A stretch of DNA of 64,000 bases from positions 264,120,001-264,184,000 of the forward strand of contig CM097885.1 in the NCBI GenBank assembly GCA_044892525.1, written 5' to 3'. Each line of letters opens with the position of its first letter. Positions within the stretch are counted from its first letter, which is position 1. A program made the translations under genes and the position numbers. The notes under the pieces are model-generated. The model was given only the letters and a program-made list of their open reading frames with translations. It was not told the DNA's origin and did not search any database. The stretch is from Schmidtea polychroa (lineage: Eukaryota). Below, piece after piece: positions 10,265-22,730 of this stretch.

Positions 10265-10609
10265 TCTTTCGAAAATTAAACATTTATTATACTAAAAGAA
10301 TTTATTCAATATCAAACTCATAGAAATATTTAATATCATTATCATAAAAAGCATTTAAATCAATCACCATACTTACCAAATAATATCCTTCGAGAGTGTC
10401 AAAAAATGGTAAATGTTCAGGATTCTACTGAATCGTTTTCCTTTTGGTTCCGCTAGATACTGGTAGTCGATTTTGTTTTCGTTGAATCGTAGTCAAAATG
10501 GTGTTCAAGATGCTGTAGAGTAGCGATTAAAAGTGGTCCTCATAATAAAACAAAAAATTTTTACCTGTAGAGTAGCGATTAAAAGTGGTACTCGACAGAT
10601 TTCTCTCTT

Positions 10610-10640
10610 CCGTTATATACTATTCTTCGTCCAATCAGGA
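10610..10640 (-). promoter_or_regulatory. LTR promoter (inverted CCAAT box plus TATA)
   Basis: CTGATTGG at 10638-10631 and GTATATAA at 10620-10613; same arrangement at 20578-20624. Confidence 0.55.
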
Positions 10641-13469
10641 CGCGCCTTATCTGTGATATTTTTTATTTATTATTATTTAGGTGTTTTTATTGAAATGTGT
10701 TGGGTTTTAATAATTTTTCCTATTTGTATTAATATTTTATTTATTTTAGTATTTTTTTATTATTTTCCTCCCGTTTTCCTGCGCGTTTATTGTCATTTTA
10801 TCGTAATACAATTTTTGTTTTAATTCGCCTATACATTTATTTGAGGATTTCTATTTTATTTTCTTAAATTTCTCGTTTATTTCTTACGTTTTTTGTTATT
10901 TTATGTTTTTTCCTTTTCCTACCATGTGTGTTGGGTAATTTCACCTTATTTCGCCTTATGCATTCTATTGTTTTATTGGTTATTTTTATTTCTTTTATAT
11001 TCTTATTTCTTTTATTGTTATCTGCTTTAGTTATTCCTATATTTCTCGTGATTTTATTGAAAATTTGTTTTATCCTATTTATTCGTTCTTAGCCCAATTT
11101 TCGACACTCTCGAAGTTTAGCCCAACAGTAGTCTGTTTTGAGTTTTGTTGTGGAATGATTGTTCTGACTCGTGATAATATTTATGTTATAAAACTATGAA
11201 CTGAATTTTTGAACAAATATTGCCAAATTGGTGAATGAATGTAGTGATGGTCTTCGTAGTATGGAAACTTCTTGGAAGGTACACTGATAGATGAAGATGT
11301 AATAGTATGAATGATTATATGCATATGATATATAAGAATGTATGGATTAGAGGGTTTATGAAAAAGCAAGCTACATATGATTCTGATATTGAGTTGTCGA
11401 TACATACAGTGTATGATAAGGAATGTTTAAACCAATTATGCTCTACATGTAATACTTTCTACACATACCAAACCAAGGGTAGAGTACCCAAGGGTGTTAA
11501 AAGGCGTCGGTAAAAGGAAAAGATTAAAGCCTAAAAACGATTGAATAAACATTCAAATAAAAAATACGATAAGACTCGACAGATAACAAAGCACCAAACG
11601 TTAAATAAAGCAAATGATAACCATGCCTTAGCTTCTGCAAATGTGAATCTGAGACGAACGACATTAAAGATAAAGATATGAGTTTACCAGACGAAATAGA
11701 GCGAATCAACAGATTCTACTGAAAGTAAAAGAAAGTGAAGACATGGAAAGACATCGAAACATCACGAATAGAAATAATAACTATATATCATCAACACCTA
11801 GAATGAACAAAAGCGTTAAGTAAAAGAAAAAAAACAAGAACTAAACTTGTCTGTAAGATAGATGAAGGGATAAAACTCGCTGGTAACTCGAAAAGTAATA
11901 TGAACCAAAGACAATCGAGAATAACTATTAAAAAAAAATAAAATAAAATAAAATCACAGTATAAAAATGGAGCAAAAAATAAATCGAAATAAAATCTCCG
12001 GGACAAATACACGAGAACTAAGTTAAAGGGCAGTGAAAAACTTTACAAAATAGGCGAACATCACAGACACCAAGGGTACGTAGAAAATGAATTCTAAAAC
12101 TTATGTAAAACGACTCGGGAGAATAACAAATTATATACAGAAATCAATGAAAGTAAATATACAAGGTACGAGAATAACATGATGGATATCAACGAAAAAG
12201 ATCTAGCGAAAGAAACCAGGGAGCTCAAGGTTAGCCAAAGTAAAATGAATATACAAGACAGTTATACATACGATGCTCATATTAATAACCGGAACGAACT
12301 ATGAAAAACTATCCAACGTCAAAGATAGAGAATGAGAAACAATTAGAACCAGACGGGTGAAATATACAGCAAATGAAAGAGTACAGAACACTAAACTAAG
12401 AACAGTGAAAAGAGATCTAGAAAGTATCACGAATTACGAACCCACATACATAGAAAGGGTTATGACTATATATAGTGTGAACAATGAATATATAAAGGTA
12501 TATGATTATATAAAATTATAAGTATATATATCAGCGCGGTATAATTAGTATATAACTTCGGGAAGTAAAATGAAATAAAATTCAGATAAAAGATTATGAA
12601 TCAATATAGGTGAATTAATAGAATGAAACGGATCACAATGGAAATCAATCCCAATACCACCACAGGAGAATTATGGAAGCAGAAAAGCGTCATATTATCG
12701 TAAATAGCATTAGCTATACAGAAGCAAGGAATCTCATGGAGGAACAATCTAATCGAAAATTTGAACAATGAATTTGTTCGTGAGAGAATAATCAAGGACC
12801 AGAGAGGAAAAATTGAACTAAAGTGAAAAGAAATAGAACAACTCTAATGATAAAGTTAAATGCAAGAAATGAACTAATAAGAATAGCTGGGGAAATCAAG
12901 GAGAGAAAGATATGATAAAAATGCAACGGATAATATCAGACGTAAAAAGGAAACGGGAAAAGGAAAATGCAGGGAGCTGAAGATGAAATACAAATAGTTA
13001 TAACAATTACAGCATTATATTCATGGAAAATAGTCATAAAATGAAGCATTCAATATACCGAGATGGAGGTGGAATGAGTAGAAGAACACTTGTACCGGTG
13101 GTTTCTGTTGCGTAAAGGAGAAAAACAACGAACTATTAGCATGGTCATAACATTGAAAAGAGACGGTAATGGCAGAACTGAGTACCAAAAAGAGGACTAA
13201 TTGTATATAAATAATTGCATATATCGGTGTATACACCCCAACCAAAATGATATATAATAAAAGTAGAGGACCGATCACCATAAACAAAGATAAAATAATG
13301 CGAAAAATCAAAAATATTAAAATCTACGCCTATTTAAGAGTAAGGAAAATCAATCAGAAAAAATGGACGTTTGGCAAATATTGTAGAGAGGACACGAGAA
13401 CAAAATACTGAGAACCGAGAGAACACAAGATAATAAATAAATTAAATAATGAATGTCGGGGACGACATT

Positions 13470-13484
13470 TGGCGAAGACGCGGA
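13470..13484 (+). promoter_or_regulatory. Candidate primer-binding site of element 2
   Basis: ...GACGACA tt TGGCGAAGACGCGG: CA end followed by TGGCG. Cognate tRNA not identified. Confidence 0.4.
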
Positions 13485-15155
13485 GGAAAAATGAGATCAA
13501 ACTAAGATAACAACAAACGGGAGATCAAGATGAAAGTCAAAATGGACATGAGCAATAATAAGAACAATCGGGAAAAAGTATACAAAAACATGATTGACAG
13601 AAAATGAAGAGCACACATATAACAAAATAGAATATGAACAAATAAACACAATAAAAAATGACAAGGAAAACACAGAACGAAATGAACAAACATGAAACAA
13701 CAAATAACAAATTCACAGAAGGAAAGCAAGGCCAAAGACATTTGAACGAAAAGGCAAAACAGCGAGAAACGACAAATATAAAATGAAACATGATACAGTG
13801 AAACAGAACAAAAAAAAATTGAAAGCTTAACATCACGACACGGTCAATTAAAATAACAATAGATGCTAACAAAAATGAGATCAATTAGAAATATCGAACA
13901 AAAGTTTAATTAGGGAAAACGAACATACTGCCAACTTTTACTATGGAGCAAAAAGTTACAATAATGAAAAACGAACGGACTGTCTACTTTTATTACGAAC
14001 TATAAAGTTACAATTGTGGGAATTTCAATGATAAATTTGAATAAATTCAGAAATGATGGAAGCAATAATATCAACCACTCCAGGAACAGCTAGGGAGAAA
14101 TGCGTACAGATGTAGATATCCAGATATAGGTGGATATATGTATATGAATATATGTTTATGGATAAGGGTATATGTATAAGTATATGAGTGTATATGTAGA
14201 CATAGATAAACAATTAAATGAGATAATGAAAATAAATGACCAATCAAAGTTACGCGCCAAAAGTAAAATAACAAATAGACGCGGAAATAAGTTAAAAACA
14301 TAAAATATAGGGAGTGGAACAAAGAGGCCCATAAACAGAAAAACAACAAACAAATTTTGAAAACGTAAAATATACGAAATGAGAAACATTATGACGGGGA
14401 AATCAGTGAGGTAACATAAAAAATCAAAGATAAGGAAAATATACTAATACGGAAGCGTGATAAATTACAAAATTGAGCAGGGATGGTTAATAAATAAACC
14501 ATTGACGAATAGAAGGGTAACGAATAAAATGGATAAACAAATATTAACGAGTGATGCGAGAGGGATCTGCCTGAGGAAATAGTGAGCATATTAACGAGAA
14601 ACAAGTTAACTAAAGCGGTAAGAGTAAAAGCGATAGCAATAAGACGTTAACTAGACAAGAGACGTGGACATATTTAGAATAATGAAGAAGGACCAAGAGT
14701 AATCGAGATAAGTAGATTAAGAGCACGACGTAAAAATGAGAATAAAGTCCTACGAAAATTGAGAGCAAATGAATAAGGAAAGATTTTTCTGTTAGGATTT
14801 AGGAAATCCACAACCTATGAGCTACGCTCAGCGTAGTACGGATAAGGCCCAGGAAAGTACCAACTGTCCTGACGAAAGATGTGGAACAGGGCCCATCGCA
14901 TATACTGGAACATCTCTGCGTGTGACTGATCACCACACGATCGGAGATCGACCAGTGCGAGTGTTTCGCATCCGGAGTCAGGAGAGTGGGGAAAACCTGG
15001 AAGAGTAGTAAAAAGAAGCATGTAGGAGAAATAAAAAGAAGACCAAGTAAATGGGAAAAGAGAGAGCGAAGTAAAGAGAAACAATTAGAGCTTAAAGACT
15101 AAATTGATAGATAACCGGTAGGCAGAATGATAGGGACAAGGACAGTCAAAGGGAA

Positions 15156-15434
15156 GCGAATAATAGATGCGAATAATTGATGCGAATAATAGATGCGAAT
15201 AATAGATGCGAATAATAGATGCGAATAATAGATGCGAATAATAGATGCGAATAATAGATGCGAATACTAGATGCGAATAATAGATGCGAATACTAGATGC
15301 GAATAATAGATGCGAATACTAAATGCGAATAATAGATGCGAATAATAGATGCGAATAATAGATACGAATATTAGATACGAATAATAGATGCGAATAATAG
15401 ATGCGAATAATAGATGCGAATAATAGATGCGAAT
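15156..15434 (+). repeat. 13-bp minisatellite (GCGAATAATAGAT) ~21 copies
   Basis: Directly visible; lies between two copies of tccggagtcagg.gagtg.ggaaaacc (from 14980 and from 15434). Confidence 0.97.
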
Positions 15435-15599
15435 CCGGAGTCAGGGGAGTGAGGAAAACCCGTAAGAGCAGTAAAAAACAGGCATGCAGGGGGATAAACG
15501 TTTAGAAAGTGCACAGTAACTAAAGTAAAGACAACAAAAATAGTGAGCCTAGGACAAACGGAGAAATGGAGAATAAAACATGCATGTTAGGGATTATTA

Positions 15600-15820
15600 A
15601 GATCGAGTTGTCGAATAGTCCAACCGGTCAGAAGGAAGAAGATTGAGCTGTTGAATAGTGCCAGCCAGTCGTAAGATCGAGTTGTCGAATAGTCCAACCG
15701 GTCAGAAGGAAGAAGATTGAGCTGTTGAATAGTGCCAGCCAGTCGTAAGATCGAGTTGTCGAATAGTCCAACCGGTCAGAAGGAAGAAGATTGAGCTGTT
15801 GAATAGTGCCAGCCAGTCAT
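15600..15820 (+). repeat. Three copies of the same 74-bp unit as 4863-5280 (reverse complement)
   Basis: gatcgagttgtcgaatagtccaaccggtcagaaggaagaagattgagctgttgaatagtgccagccagtcgtaa is the exact reverse complement of the element 1 unit. Confidence 0.97.
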
Positions 15821-17289
15821 AAAGGCCTAGAAAAGCGAGAGATAGCAGTTAAGCTACAATGAGATAACACATCGAAGCTAAAGTTACAGTAAGATAGAAT
15901 ATTTAAGCTAGCTAGAAACGAATTGGAATTACATATGGGAATTTGAATTTAGAGAGGAAATAAACGAGCTCGTAGAAAAGATAATAAGATTATAGTGGAA
16001 AAGGAAGGGAAAAAAGGAAAATGAATTAAGGAGATAATGAAAATAAAGAATAAGTGTGAATAGATGATGAGTAAAAGAGGAAAATAATTAACTAATTAAA
16101 GGGAATCCCAGGTAAGTAGACAAGGTGCTACAGAATTTTTTTTTGGTTTAAACCGGATAAACGAATCTTGTTTTTGGTTCCAGAGTAGAACCGAGTAAAG
16201 AGTAATAGGTGACTTAGATATAATAGGATAAGTAAAATGGCGAAATTGCGCAAAAGTATACTAGGAAAATGAGGAGGGGTAATTAGCAGCAACGGACAAC
16301 GACCAATTGATATTATAATTGATAATTATAGATAATTGATACGACCCTATAGATAATTGATACGACCACATAGATAATTCAACATCGACGAAAATTTAGG
16401 ATTATGGTTATTCACAACCGACGAAATAGGAATTGTACATCATTCGGAAGTTTCAAAAGTAGAAGCGGACCAGATAATGATTTTTGAAGTTTCAAAAGTA
16501 GAAACGTGGAAATTAAGAATTTCTAATAAGTCTCGAAAGCGGAGACCAATGGGATAAGAATTTTGTTCCAGTTGATTGTTTTGAATGCAGAAACGAACGA
16601 GTTATAAATTTGTAAGGTAAAGAGTGGCAAGTTAAGGAATGATAAGATTGGTAAATTTTGATATATTAGTAGAAATGACAAGAAATGAATTGATATTAGA
16701 TAATCGGGTAAGAGAGAATGAATGAGAATATAAGGAGAATAATGGAAATTCTAGTTAAGAATGAGTTATAGAAATGACAAGGAATGAGTCAAGTACAGAT
16801 GAGAGGCAATACAAGTACAACTGTGAATATGGTTTCAAACTTAAGAAGAGAAACCGCTAAGTAAAACAGTGAACTAAGTCAAGAAAAACGGCAACGATAA
16901 CAATAATAGTTAATGAAAGGAGGAAATATAAAGGGTAACCGCTATAGTAAACTCAAGAAATGATTAAAACTGAAACAACCGAGAACAGAACAAGTACCAT
17001 AGTAATGAAGAAAAACTAAGAGGTAATACAAGTTAATAGATCGAGAGATAGTCATTCAAAGCCAAGAAAACCATAGAAACGAGGAAAAGGAACACAAATT
17101 AAAATAAATAAGGATCGAGAAAATTAAGTAGACCATGTGAATAAAGGTGTAAACTAAGGGAACGAGGGAACAAATATTAAGAGATGCCCAAGGAAACTAA
17201 AACAAAAATATTGCAATTATGTTATATAATATATAAATTATAATTTATAAAGATAATAAACGGTAAGGAGGAGTGATATTTTTCTAGTA

Positions 17290-19790
17290 AGGTAAATCAA
17301 TCAATCAAGATAACAGCCAAGTATCAACAATCAACCAGAATTCAACACCAAATCATTAAGTCAATCGATAAAAGAACCAAGTATGTCAAACGAAGAAGAA
17401 ACGAAAGCTGCAAAGAAAGGAAAACGAACAATCAAATTCAAGCAAACGTAAGAGGGTGAAAAGGAGAAATCAAAGCGGCATCTCAAAAACGGAAAGTTGA
17501 CCCTCAAAATAGAGTGGCAAAAGGAATTGTAAAACAGTTAGTCGAAAAGTTTAAAACGCCAGTGGAACTTCATGAAAGAGGAAATAATGTAAAAGCAGAA
17601 CTAGTAAAAGACACTGAAACCTAACTAAAGAAAGAAACCAACGATGGAGAGATAATATGGATATATGAGCGAACAAGCTAGCTGAGATGCAAAATCAGAC
17701 AACCATCCGTCGAAACTATGCAGTAACATAATCAAGTATCAATCTGAAATAGAAAGAAAGCAACCTCCAATAATAAATGTATTACAATATTTGGAAGCAG
17801 ATCACAAATTGAAAACAACCCAACTAAACAACAACAAGGATGAAACACCTTACAGATCACAAAGGCACGAGAAGCAGAAGAAAGATGGAGTAGACGAAAA
17901 GAACTTCAGGCAAAAAGTGAAGAAGAGTATTGGAGGAGGAGAAAGGAAGAACTGTTGAGAGTTGATATCACTGACAGCCAGAGGGAAAAGATAGAAGAAA
18001 TGTGTGGAAGACAACAAAGAACAGTAATACAAATCAATATGATGAAAGTGGTACCGATCAACAAACGGGAATTACAAAGAACTCTGGACTCAAGAGTGGA
18101 AAGTGAAACAATCGAAAGAATAGAAAATGTAACATTGGACCATCAAAATATCAGAATCATTGAGAACAATCGGAGAAATTATAAAAATACGGAAAATTAG
18201 GCTGATATTACAGCAATCCAAGAGAATCGCATGAGAGCAGTCAACAGAAGATATTGCCACAAATCGAAGATCAACGAAGTCTACGAGAATCGAAATGGTG
18301 AAAATAATGAAAACATCGTGACAGAAGAACGGTAAAAAATGAAAATGAGATTGAACCAAATATCGAAAATAAAGTAAAACAGTATTGTAACCAAGGCCAG
18401 CTGCGAGGACACAATGAGCGTAATTGTTCTTTGAAAATGACGGGTTGGAATTGTCAGAGAATGAGGCATTGCGAGAAGAAATGTCGTCGTACAAAAAAAA
18501 AAAAAAAAAAAGGTGTAAAAACGAATGTAAAAGAACAGGACACGTAATTAACAACGGTCCGAATGTGAAATCCAGAGAAAAATCAATCACGGAGAAGTAC
18601 CGAAGAACCAACCAAGCAAATACGCACTGAGAAAAGAATTCAACAGTCGGAGAGAAAAAATTGTCAACCTCTGATGTCAATAAAATAACAGTCGACAACC
18701 GTACGTAGAAGGGAAGAAACATGTAAAACTCAACGTATCCGAAGAATTGAGAAGACAATGTATAGAACAAGGTAACATAATAAAAGAATTTGTGATGAAA
18801 GAAAAAAGACAGGATGAATTGATAAGGATATGGGGACAAGTTGCCGAAAACAAAACAAAGAAACTGAAGTACAAAAAACAACGATACTCAGACTAAACGA
18901 AGAAGCAAAGTCAGCCGAATTAAGAATCAACAAATTAATGAATAAGCAAGATAAATGCAGAGAAATGGCAGTAGACACAAAAATGATGACGGCAAAGTAA
19001 AGGAAACTGAGGGTATAAAGAGTAAAATAGAAATTAAAGGAGAAGTGTAGATGAAAATAGTAAATAGGAAGTGTACATATGTAAAAAATTGATTTATAAT
19101 GTAGCAAAGGATAGATGTATAAGTAATTAAATAAAAATGGATCAAGTAATCAGTTGGGAAAATACAAAATTTGAACCCCCACAGTGGTAAAGGAGAACAG
19201 AGGCCCAAATGAGAAGAAAGAATATAAATCCAGAAGAAAGATAAAAGTGCAAACCCGGAAAGAATGAGTTAAACGAATATCTAAAAATAATACCTAATTT
19301 GGAAACCCTAAGCGAAGAACGGTAAAAGATCCTGATAAATGAGACGAAAGTCACAGACCCAGTGACATTAGCAACTTAATCAAATCAAGCGAACTTAGAC
19401 CAAAATCGAAAATAATTCGAGTTACCCATTAAAGAAAGAAAATCCCTTAATAAGAGCAATACCGTAAACAAAACCACCAAAGAAAACCAAAAGAAGACTC
19501 AATGTGTCAAATCACCTAGTTAAACAAAAGTTCCGAAGACCCTTGAGCAAGGTCTGTCATATACCATCAAATGATCCAGAAAATCAGAATCCCAGCCTAA
19601 AAATTCAAAGAGAATCCGGGAAAACAGTCAAACCCCGATAGGAAGAATCCTATGATCTTCGGTAAGTATTACGAGCTAATTATGAAAATCAACAACAGGA
19701 GTCAAACATGCCTACAAAACCGAGCCGAAAGATTGAAAACCGAACCCAGAAACGAGAAGAAACAACCAACTGAAGAATTGATCCAGAAAT
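17290..19790 (+). pseudogene. Decayed polyprotein of element 2; capsid and zinc-knuckle part apparently deleted
   Basis: Fragments PPIINVLQY, KAREAEERWSRRKELQ...RTVIQINMMKVV and ELRINKLMNK parallel the post-knuckle region of element 1; many stops and frameshifts. Confidence 0.6.
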
Positions 19791-20039
19791 AAAACTGTTG
19801 CATGTGACTTGACTTGAGTTTGGACATGGTATAAGTATGTATGTGTATTATGACCAGTCACTGTACGTGGCAACTGCTTGAATTTTAGCTTAGACCTTTT
19901 TCTGATAATTCAATTTTAACATGTCTTAAACTGTTATAGTATGTTTATGGGTTAATGGAAATGTAATAGACTATGATCTGCGAAATTCATATGTCTAACA
20001 GAATTGCGGGACGCAATTTTAACGGGTCCCGGAGTGATT

Positions 20040-21451
20040 TGTTGGGCTGAAGCCGAGAACTGAGAGTTTGTTTTAATCGATCGAAAAATACCTAACACAA
20101 AAACCGCAAAGTTGGAAAATTTATGACCAAGGTTTAATTTAAAATAAATGAAATAAATTACATCACACATTAAGAACCAATAAACCCCGTATAATAGAAT
20201 AAGAGATAAATAAATTTAACAAAAAATTCAACACTTAAAAATTTAAATAGAAAAATAATAAAATATAAAATAGAATTAGTTGAAAATTATTTAAACAATA
20301 TAAAAATTAAATCGTCAAAAATAATAAAATTAGTTAGCATTATATAAATTGTAAAGTTTATAGAATTAAATGGTTATTCAACTTATTAAATTTAAAGAAT
20401 AAAAATGTTTAAATTAATAAAAATTAATATAACTCAAATTATTTAAATTATAAAATTTATAAAATTAAAATTAATAAAAATTAAATAAGAAATTAATTAA
20501 ATTTATTGAATTAAAACAAATAAACAATTGCACACACTCATGCATGTATGCAAGACTAATTAAAAATTTCTCGCACTCTGATTGGATAGAGTGGCAGCAA
20601 ATGCATGAAAAATCAGTATAAATACTGATCACAAATTCATTTGAAGGACTACTTTTTCTCTAACATCAAAATTTAGTGGTAGACAGTGAAGCTCTCAGTT
20701 TTCGATTTTATGCCAACGTGGATTTGGTAATTTATTTTTTATTGTTGTAGTAATTTTACGAGATGATTTAATTTAATATGCAATAAAATTTTTAGTTAAA
20801 TTTTCTTTTGTTATTTTCTTTTAATTGTTTAATTTCATTTAGTTGTAGGTATTAAATAATAATTTTTATTGTGCTCAATTTTTATACTAACTGATTACGA
20901 ACGTTAGTACCGCTGAATTGAGATTCAGCATATCATGGTTTGAGGTACCTTCGGGATGCTCAGACTGGTGGGTATGCTGGTTTTTCAATCGCGCCGCTGG
21001 ATTGGGCCGGAATGTGGGGGCTTCCTCACGGGTCCTATCGCTGGAAGTACTGTGGTCAAATGTAGGTTAGGACTGAGAATACAGGCAGATCCCTGCTCAA
21101 ATTTTTTGAAGTATAACGTAAATATTATGGGAAGCGTGGATTAACTTGAAAATAAGGGCCAATCCCTGCTCAAATTTTTCAAAGGATAATTTAGATATTG
21201 TAGGAAGTGTAGAACAATAATTATTAGCTGGAAAATAAGGGCGGATCCCTGCACAAAATTTGATAAGAGAACAATTAGAAATACCCGTAATTGAGGACCA
21301 ACAACGATCCAAAAATAGCATATACAGTGAATAATGACGTAAGACCTTCTATCGGCAGTCTAGAACCCGAAAAGAAAATACAATGGGGAGTAGTTTTAGT
21401 AATAGAGCTCACCTGCTCATTGTTTTTTCGCCTTTGTGTACAGTACCAACA
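20040..21451 (+). mobile_element. Short LTR related to the element 1 LTR (3' end uncertain: 21304 or 21451)
   Basis: Starts TGTTGGGCT; CTGATTGG at 20578 and TATAAATA at 20617; donor ATTTG|GTAA at 20727. 20945-21060 resembles element 1 LTR 7260-7040 (ccttcgg...tcagactgg; cacggg.cc). No matching TSD found. Confidence 0.55.
21090..21270 (+). repeat. Three imperfect ~75-85-bp direct repeats (core gatccctgc.caaattt)
   Basis: Cores at ~21088, ~21162 and ~21244. Confidence 0.7.
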
Positions 21452-22119
21452 TGGTCGTCACCATGGTTACACAAATGGTTTAAAGTTCAATAGTCATGGA
21501 GGTGCTTAGGAAAGAGTCGAACGATTATGATTACCCCTAACGCATTTTAAAATGTAAAAATGATACACCCCTAAGTAACCAACACAGGTTTACCGCGAAA
21601 TGTTTAATTCATTTATTTTGCCGAAATCTTATAAAGGTTGAGAATCACTAACCTAATATGTTTGACAATTATTTCGAACACTACAAACTAATTAAAATTA
21701 TTTCTTCTCTTCCTAATTCTTAAGATGATGATTTGAAGCGTTAAGTGTTTTTTAAACTTTTTCCAATTATATTTCTTTCAATTTCGATCTTTAACTTTGC
21801 AAGAAGAATAATTAACAATATGCCTTAAGTTTATTCATGTTATGCAGATATTCTATTTTTAATGTTTTTAAAGTTTAAAAAAAAAATCAAAGAAAAGTCA
21901 TCAAAAAATAATTGAATCGAGTAGATGTTTGTTTATATATGTTTAATAATTTCTGCTAATTTGAATTTTTTAATATGTAGTTCTTTCTTTTAAATTCCTA
22001 ATGGACAACATAAATAAATTAATAGATTTTTTATCCAAAAATATCCAAACTGAAACAAACAATGTAACACTTGCTGCTCACAGTGAGACAATCTTTCCTT
22101 TTACATCTTCCTCCACTTC

Positions 22120-22730
22120 TACATGTAATGACTGGTGCAAAAGAATGATTTTACAAAGAAATATGATTGGTTTACTGGAAAATGTAAGAAGCTTGGTTGT
22201 AGTATATGCAAAAAAACTGAACTCTTAATATTGAGAAAAAATCTGAAATAAAAATTAATAAATAGTGGGACAACAATGAAGTAAAAGGTAACAGTGAAAA
22301 TCGAACTCAACAGCTAATATCTTTGAGCAAAAAACCTTTGAGCACAAGTAATTCACCGGTACAAGGCAGCATGCAAGTTAGTTGCTGAGACTGAAAAAGA
22401 AACGAGTCTTCAACTCTAAGCAAAAAATCAACAGTAATAATTTACATTTGAGTGTGTCTTGCTAACCGTGGAATGAATTCTCATGTTAATCTTTATTTAG
22501 ATTTGATAGAACTCCAAAGTACTTGCGCCAGTGGACTATTCCAAGCTTTACTATAATCTTTACAATCGTATGAAATAACGAAACAAATATTAAGGTCATA
22601 CTTGGTGAGTGTAGCATGTGATGGTGCATCGGTAATGCTTGGACGAAAGAGTAAAGTCTGTAAATTATTAAGAGATGAATTCCGTCAATCATTATCTGGC
22701 ACTGTGCAAATCATAAGCTTTTATACGTTA
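22120..22730 (+). pseudogene. hAT transposase relic (ZNF862-like subgroup)
   Basis: YDW...KLGCSICKK, NESSTLSKKSTVIIYI, VACDGASVMLGRKS and IIWHCANHKL; frameshifts and stops. Confidence 0.85.

Larger units (their letters stand above)
1..11127 (-). mobile_element. 5' part of a giant Gypsy-like LTR retrotransposon (element 1): long LTR, PBS, RING ORF, leader with intron, Gag polyprotein; pol would lie beyond window start
   Basis: TGTTGG start at 11127 and CCAACA end at 6943, then a PBS, then a Gag ORF with CCHC knuckles, all on the minus strand. Whether every piece belongs to one insertion is inferred. Confidence 0.7.
6943..11127 (-). repeat. Putative 4.2-kb 5' LTR of element 1
   Basis: TGTTGGG...GCCAACA termini, PBS directly downstream, internal CCAAT/TATA promoter. 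Its 5' ~860 bp and 3' ~300 bp parallel the short LTR at 20040. The partner LTR is not in the window. Confidence 0.55.
11505..19790 (+). mobile_element. Decayed, internally deleted sister LTR retrotransposon (element 2)
   Basis: 14790-16600 is homologous to element 1 leader 5730-4200 in inverted orientation; identical 74-bp repeat; strongly A/G-rich plus strand; candidate LTR end CGACA at 13467. Outer boundaries are approximate. Confidence 0.7.

Noticed and set aside
15655-15672. GCCAGCCAG in the 74-bp unit resembling part of a tRNA-Arg PBS
   Set aside because: Only a 9-nt match without the TGG start, and the host tRNA set is unknown.
11791-19354. Many hydrophobic 60-260 aa minus-strand ORFs resembling membrane proteins
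   Set aside because: They are antisense shadows of an A/G-rich strand (F/L/S/I-rich), with no motifs.
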